From IMG/VR virus record IMGVR_UViG_3300003690_000003, positions 96,001-160,000 of that record: a stretch of DNA of 64,000 bases; one strand, given 5' to 3'. The notes below the pieces were generated by a model. The model was not told where the DNA came from. It worked only from the letters and a program-made list of their open reading frames with translations, and made no database searches. Source of the stretch: a virus. A program made the translations under genes and the position numbers. Positions 59,860-64,000 of this stretch are shown here, in pieces (position 1 is the first letter of the stretch; each line of letters begins with the position of its first letter).

Positions 59860-61200
59860 CTACAAATATTTAGCAGCATATGTTGCTACCTTAGAGCGTT
59901 CGCCTTTCATCAAAGTGACATGGCCGGCCAATTCAAAGTTCTTGAACTTTTCCACAGCATGTGTAAGACCATTCGTCGTCTCATCGACATATGCATTATC
60001 TATTTGTTCAATATCACCAGTCAAAATAATCTTCGATCCTTCACCTACTCTAGTTATTATAGTCTTTAATTCATGAGTTGTCAAGTTCTGAGCTTCATCT
60101 ATTATAATATAAGCGTTAGCTATTGAACGCCCACGAATATAGGTCAACGCTTCGATTTCTATTCTACCACGATCGAGATACATATCTAAAGTAGTTTTAT
60201 CATTTCCCATCAAAAACTGAAGATTATCTTGGATCGGCATTAGCCACGGTTTCATCTTTTCTTCTAAAGTCCCCGGTAAAAAGCCCAAATCCTTGCCCAG
60301 AGGCTGCACAGGACGCGATACAATCATGCGTGTATAGTGGGGGTCCCCTGTGCCCATGAAATCGTCTACAGTCTGTTGTAGGCCGGCTGCTATAGCACAA
60401 AGCGTCTTACCAGATCCCGCCTTGCCAATAAGAGTGATAATCTGTACACTACGATCCATCAAAAGATCCATCGTAAACTGCTGTTCTTTATTTCGTGATT
60501 TTACTCCCCATATTCCCTTGTTATATTTGAGCAATCGGCGAAGAGGCTCTGCGTGTGAAATAAAGCGTGCTAATGCTGTCTTTTTTTGATTAGCATTGGA
60601 TACAAGCATTAAAAACTGATTGGGATGGCACGCCAGTTCTTCCGGTTCTAAATATATATCTTCTCCATCATAAAATCTTTCAATCACACGATCGTCCACT
60701 AGATGAGTAGCAAATCCGGTGAAAATGCTTTCACTGTCTTTTACAATTTGATTATTAATATAATCTTCTGTTTCTAAACCAATGGAATCGCAAATAACGC
60801 GCATATTAATATCGCGCGAAACCATAATGACTTTGCGAGTGGGGTGTTCCTTTTTAACTGATAATGCTGTAGCTATGATAAGATGATCTGGTATAGAAGG
60901 CTCTAAATCTTTAGGGAATCCGCTTTTTCGTAGAGTTTCAGAGCCCCATGCATATAAAAGCCCGTGACCTTTCCGAATTCTAACTCCGCTGAACAAAGAA
61001 CCCTTTGTGCGAAGTTCATCTAAAATACGAATTGTTTTACGCGACTGCGTACCAACGCTATCTTGGCGTTTCTTGTGTTTATCAATCTCTTCCAAAACCT
61101 TGAAAGGGATTATTAAATCGTTATTCCCGTAATTATAGATACAAGCAGCATTTGTTAAAAGAGCGCTGGTATCTAGGACGTAGAACTTTTTTCTACTCAT
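59860..61200 (-). CDS. phoH: PIN-PhoH protein (PhoH2/YlaK type)
   Basis: PIN motifs VLDTS, VLEEID, D..I, SRD.NMR; PhoH motifs GKAGSGKT, LGFLPG, YIRGRS, IIDEAQN, LTGD..QID, ERS. Confidence 0.93.
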   Translation of the reverse strand: MSRKKFYVLDTSALLTNAACIYNYGNNDLIIPFKVLEEIDKHKKRQDSVGTQSRKTIRILDELRTKGSLFSGVRIRKGHGLLYAWGSETLRKSGFPKDLEPSIPDHLIIATALSVKKEHPTRKVIMVSRDINMRVICDSIGLETEDYINNQIVKDSESIFTGFATHLVDDRVIERFYDGEDIYLEPEELACHPNQFLMLVSNANQKKTALARFISHAEPLRRLLKYNKGIWGVKSRNKEQQFTMDLLMDRSVQIITLIGKAGSGKTLCAIAAGLQQTVDDFMGTGDPHYTRMIVSRPVQPLGKDLGFLPGTLEEKMKPWLMPIQDNLQFLMGNDKTTLDMYLDRGRIEIEALTYIRGRSIANAYIIIDEAQNLTTHELKTIITRVGEGSKIILTGDIEQIDNAYVDETTNGLTHAVEKFKNFELAGHVTLMKGERSKVATYAAKYL

Positions 61201-61217
61201 CTAATGTTAATTAGACA
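61198..61217 (-). promoter_or_regulatory. CTAATTAA motif in a hairpin covering the phoH start codon
   Basis: Minus strand reads TGTCTAAT-TAAC-ATTAGATG; no SD, and the motif ends 6 nt before the ATG. Confidence 0.45.
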
Positions 61218-61246
61218 GCATATGCAACTTCTTGTTGTTTTTATTG

Positions 61247-61477
61247 TTAATGGTATCTGTATTTTACCAATATGGCTACCGGTACCCAAAAAAGTGTTAC
61301 GACTACCATAATCACTTGAACGCCAAAAATGGCGTCTAAATATCCGGTCATTCTTAATGAATTAACTATATTGGCGATAAAAACACTATTAAGTATAATA
61401 ATACAAAAAGTCACACCAAGAGTCAACAACACATAAACTAAGTCTATTAAAGCTGTTTTTAATCTTTTTAAGTTCAT
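61247..61477 (-). CDS. Small membrane protein (2 TM)
   Basis: Two hydrophobic stretches; ATGA overlap with the upstream gene. Confidence 0.6.
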   Translation of the reverse strand: MNLKRLKTALIDLVYVLLTLGVTFCIIILNSVFIANIVNSLRMTGYLDAIFGVQVIMVVVTLFWVPVAILVKYRYH

Positions 61478-61803
61478 ACTGCTGCTGCGTGGAATACTGT
61501 CTCGTCTGGTCGATAGAGAAGTTCATTTACAACAAATCCGCTCTTTTCGCCTTTGCAGTGTTTAGGAAACCATCTATTGGTATCCATAATATCTATAAAT
61601 GTATTTAAAGTATAGTAAATCTCGCCATGCACAGTTTCTAGACGCCATCGATGGGCCCGATCGCTTTGTCCTTTAACATCGCTTTCAAAAGATTTTATAT
61701 CATCCATTCGCATATAAATATGATAGTTTTTATCCTCTCGTACATGTGTAAAGTTTACAAAATATGCACCCACTTCGGCGACATTTTCAACATTAATTTT
61801 CAT
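61474..61803 (-). CDS. Hypothetical protein
   Basis: GAGGA SD; overlaps both neighbours. Confidence 0.6.
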   Translation of the reverse strand: MKINVENVAEVGAYFVNFTHVREDKNYHIYMRMDDIKSFESDVKGQSDRAHRWRLETVHGEIYYTLNTFIDIMDTNRWFPKHCKGEKSGFVVNELLYRPDETVFHAAAV

Positions 61804-62293
61804 TATTTTTTCCTCTCAAAAGAATTCTTTTATCTGGCTTAGGTATATCCAAATCAGTAGTATCTAAATCGGCAATGAGATTGGAATCATTAACAAGGTC
61901 AGAACTACTTTGTATTTTTTCGCCTCCAAGGGCCCACGCTAACTTAATACCAAGTTTTCCACAAAGGGCCATTTCAGGAGTATTTTTATTGGTCCTGTCG
62001 CCCCCATTGCCAAAAATATCCGGCCTTACCCTGTAAAGAGCCTCACAAACAGTTCCATCTTTATCATCAACCAGAACTACTCTTGTAACCCCTTGAATCG
62101 CTCCTAGTATTTCTGCTCTTTCCTCCCAAGGCATAAATATATATCCTTTTTTCTTCATTAGCCAATCATCGCTGTTAGCTGCAATAATGACATTTCCCAG
62201 TTCTGCTGCAGCCAATATCATGCGCACGTGGCCGATATGAATAGGATCAAAACCACCTGAAAGCATTATCACTGGAGTTAAGGGTTCGTCCAT
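61793..62293 (-). CDS. Cytidylyltransferase-like (HIGH) nucleotidyltransferase
   Basis: SGGFDPIHIGH, NSD.WL..KKG, ER.EI, GGDR, KIQSSS. Confidence 0.88.
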   Translation of the reverse strand: MDEPLTPVIMLSGGFDPIHIGHVRMILAAAELGNVIIAANSDDWLMKKKGYIFMPWEERAEILGAIQGVTRVVLVDDKDGTVCEALYRVRPDIFGNGGDRTNKNTPEMALCGKLGIKLAWALGGEKIQSSSDLVNDSNLIADLDTTDLDIPKPDKRILLRGKNNEN

Positions 62294-62302
62294 CTTTACT
62301 TT

Positions 62303-62695
62303 CTACCAATAAACTGTATAAGACTCTGAATTATTATCAAAATCAATAATAATATATTCAATATCTACCGGCTCGCCGCATGTCGGATTATAATATGTGC
62401 GTTCCATAAAAAAATATCCATTGGTATGATTATTATGCACGAAATCTTTGGTGTTTTGAACATCGATTAAAGAAGTAATATGAATGAGCAAATAATATAA
62501 ATCTTCATATCCATCTCCATCATCTGCTATAGCCCAAAATCTCCAATCATCAGCGGATCTTTCCTCATTATCAATACACTCCCACCCCGCATCTACAATG
62601 TGGGGGATATCATCATAATATGGCTCATAGTCTAGGACAAAGATGCAGCCATTCATTACAAAGCCCAATAAAGCGGTAATCATAAATCGATGCAT
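62303..62695 (-). CDS. Putative lipoprotein
   Basis: Signal-like MHRFMITALLGFVMNG-C with a lipobox-like Cys, followed by an acidic domain. Confidence 0.45.
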   Translation of the reverse strand: MHRFMITALLGFVMNGCIFVLDYEPYYDDIPHIVDAGWECIDNEERSADDWRFWAIADDGDGYEDLYYLLIHITSLIDVQNTKDFVHNNHTNGYFFMERTYYNPTCGEPVDIEYIIIDFDNNSESYTVYW

Positions 62696-62958
62696 TATTC
62701 TATTTCCTCGCGATTTATATATATCACGTTATCTTCTTTCCTGATGTCTAATCTTTTTTCTATATCTTCAAGCTCTTCTAGTTCCCATGGCATCGGAACA
62801 ATTTCGTTATGAGCCAACGCGACTTCGTGATAGTTTAAACGAGTTTCTAAGTACTGCATACGATTATAAAATACAGTTGTATGTCTCTTTAACACTATAA
62901 TGTTAAGAAAAGTCAAAAATCCTAGCGCTAATATTAGGGAGAAGTTAAGCTCTATCAT
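62695..62958 (-). CDS. Hypothetical protein with N-terminal TM segment
   Basis: Hydrophobic N-terminus; directly downstream of a sigma70 promoter. Confidence 0.6.
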   Translation of the reverse strand: MIELNFSLILALGFLTFLNIIVLKRHTTVFYNRMQYLETRLNYHEVALAHNEIVPMPWELEELEDIEKRLDIRKEDNVIYINREEIE

Positions 62959-62966
62959 CTTTATCT

Positions 62967-62995
62967 ATGATACATGAATATTTTTTGTTTGTCAA
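62967..62995 (-). promoter_or_regulatory. Sigma70-type promoter
   Basis: TTGACA (62995-62990), 17-nt spacer, TATCAT (62972-62967); the ATG follows 8 nt later. Confidence 0.7.
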
Positions 62996-63004
62996 TGGTA
63001 TTTT

Positions 63005-63241
63005 TTAGTTTTTGTCAGGTTCTTTTTCTTCTTTGTACGTAGAATAAATAACAATTGTTCTGAGCCCCTCAAAGGTGGCCGGAGTTACTTTCCTAGCGAC
63101 ACTAGCCTTTTCTTTTGTGCTAGCATCTACCAGCAACGCCGCCCCGAGCGCGCTGTTTTTGATTTTATACTTATAAAGCGGGCTTATTTCAACAGTTGCT
63201 TTTAAGATGATTGTTTTTCTTTCATTCTCGGTCATTCTCAA
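63005..63241 (-). CDS. Hypothetical basic protein (start uncertain)
   Basis: ORF of about 78 aa; the strong SD instead serves an out-of-frame ATG at 63273. Confidence 0.5.
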   Translation of the reverse strand: MRMTENERKTIILKATVEISPLYKYKIKNSALGAALLVDASTKEKASVARKVTPATFEGLRTIVIYSTYKEEKEPDKN

Positions 63242-63307
63242 AATGCTCTCACTGTTAACATTGTCTTTTTCATGTTAGTTCTCCTTTCTCCTAACAGACA
63301 TAATACC

Positions 63308-63336
63308 ATTATGAGTCATATAGTTTAAGAAGTCAA
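63308..63336 (-). promoter_or_regulatory. Sigma70-type promoter
   Basis: TTGACT (63336-63331), 17-nt spacer, CATAAT (63313-63308), upstream of an AGGAGAAAGGAG SD. Confidence 0.65.
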
Positions 63337-63337
63337 T

Positions 63338-63362
63338 AAAAAAACCCCCTCCGAAGAGGGGG
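63338..63362 (-). terminator. Rho-independent terminator with UUCG tetraloop
   Basis: Minus strand CCCCCTC-TTCG-GAGGGGG-TTTTTTT, downstream of 63397..63954. Confidence 0.92.
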
Positions 63363-63396
63363 CTTAATATTAAGGCCTTTAGAATACTCTTAAGGT

Positions 63397-63954
63397 TTAA
63401 GAGAACGCTGAAGCCATCGCTGTCGCGCCGGTGCCCCGATTGCAGATCTTAAGCTCCGCGGCCCAGCCGTTCAAAGCTCCGGTCAAGTTCACGAGTTTTA
63501 GCGTTGTACCGGCACCACCATCGCCGTTAGTGTCTCCTTCGAGCGTAATGACGTTATCAGCAGCGACTGATACATCCACCGCAGATGTGATCTGACCACC
63601 GATACGAACGATAATAGAACCAAGCGCGTACGCGGTGTCTGTAGTCGTTGTGAAGGTGTGTTGAACACCATCATTTAGATTTGTCGTCCACAAGACTGTA
63701 ATCCAGTCACCGATCGCTCCAGCCGCGGCTGACGGTATTGTCATTGCGAGCCCGGTAGCTGTTTCGCCTGAATAATGCGTGTTAACCGATAACGCCGTTG
63801 CAGTGATCGCGGTCCGTGCTGCACCAGCTGTCGCTGCAGCTCGAAGTGTTCTAGAATCACGGAGGCCTTCAGTAGACTCCGTCACGATATTAGCACCTTG
63901 GATTTTAAAGTCGCCTTTAATCTTTCTCAGTAAATTTACTGCTCTCTTACTCAT
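63397..63954 (-). CDS. Putative virion decoration/fibre-like protein
   Basis: Rich in T/A/G, motif MTIPSAAAG..GD.I.V, strong AGGAGG SD and its own terminator. Confidence 0.5.
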   Translation of the reverse strand: MSKRAVNLLRKIKGDFKIQGANIVTESTEGLRDSRTLRAAATAGAARTAITATALSVNTHYSGETATGLAMTIPSAAAGAIGDWITVLWTTNLNDGVQHTFTTTTDTAYALGSIIVRIGGQITSAVDVSVAADNVITLEGDTNGDGGAGTTLKLVNLTGALNGWAAELKICNRGTGATAMASAFS

Positions 63955-64000
63955 TTTAATTTCCCTCCTATAGGATTATATAAGTACGTACGTTGAGGGT

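Noticed and set aside
1-64000. tRNA/rRNA genes or stop-codon reassignment
   Set aside because: Intergenic gaps are short and show no cloverleaf motifs; TAA, TAG and TGA all end genes and coding density is high under the standard code.

Overview
This window is a 64 kb segment of a large tailed-phage genome, probably a contractile-tailed jumbo phage with T4-like gene content and a bacterial host (sigma70-type promoters, Shine-Dalgarno sites, standard genetic code). Essentially all real genes lie on the minus strand. In transcription order (right to left) it contains: (1) small early-type genes with sigma70 promoters, a cytidylyltransferase, PIN-PhoH, an HEXXH metalloprotease and a Cas4/AddB-like nuclease (58-64 kb); (2) a 14 kb glycan island of 15 genes: three GT4-like enzymes, an RpiB-nucleotidyltransferase fusion, an HldE-type kinase, AraD, transaldolase, two cupins, two HAD phosphatases, a dual GT, a C-methyltransferase, an NTase-kinase fusion, a GatZ/KbaZ-like enzyme and a putative GT-A (43.9-58.1 kb); (3) a gp55-like late sigma factor; (4) a 38 kb baseplate/tail-appendage module with gp25- and gp6-like wedge genes, a 4098-aa LamG-decorated protein and other very large virion proteins, one of them frameshifted (4.3-42.1 kb); (5) a RuvC-like resolvase, a primase and a fused Mre11-Rad50 gene that runs off the left edge and is absent from the ORF track. 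The best candidate for a new system is phage-encoded virion glycosylation: a pathway that may build an unusual higher-carbon or ketose nucleotide sugar, plus a strongly repeated [S/T]-[G/A/S]-S tripeptide confined to a subset of virion proteins that may act as an O-glycosylation sequon. A recurring CTAATTAA motif embedded in RBS-occluding hairpins suggests a T4-like late-expression lock. I found no tRNA, rRNA, CRISPR array, integrase or transposase. All functional calls come from motif recognition by eye, not database searches.
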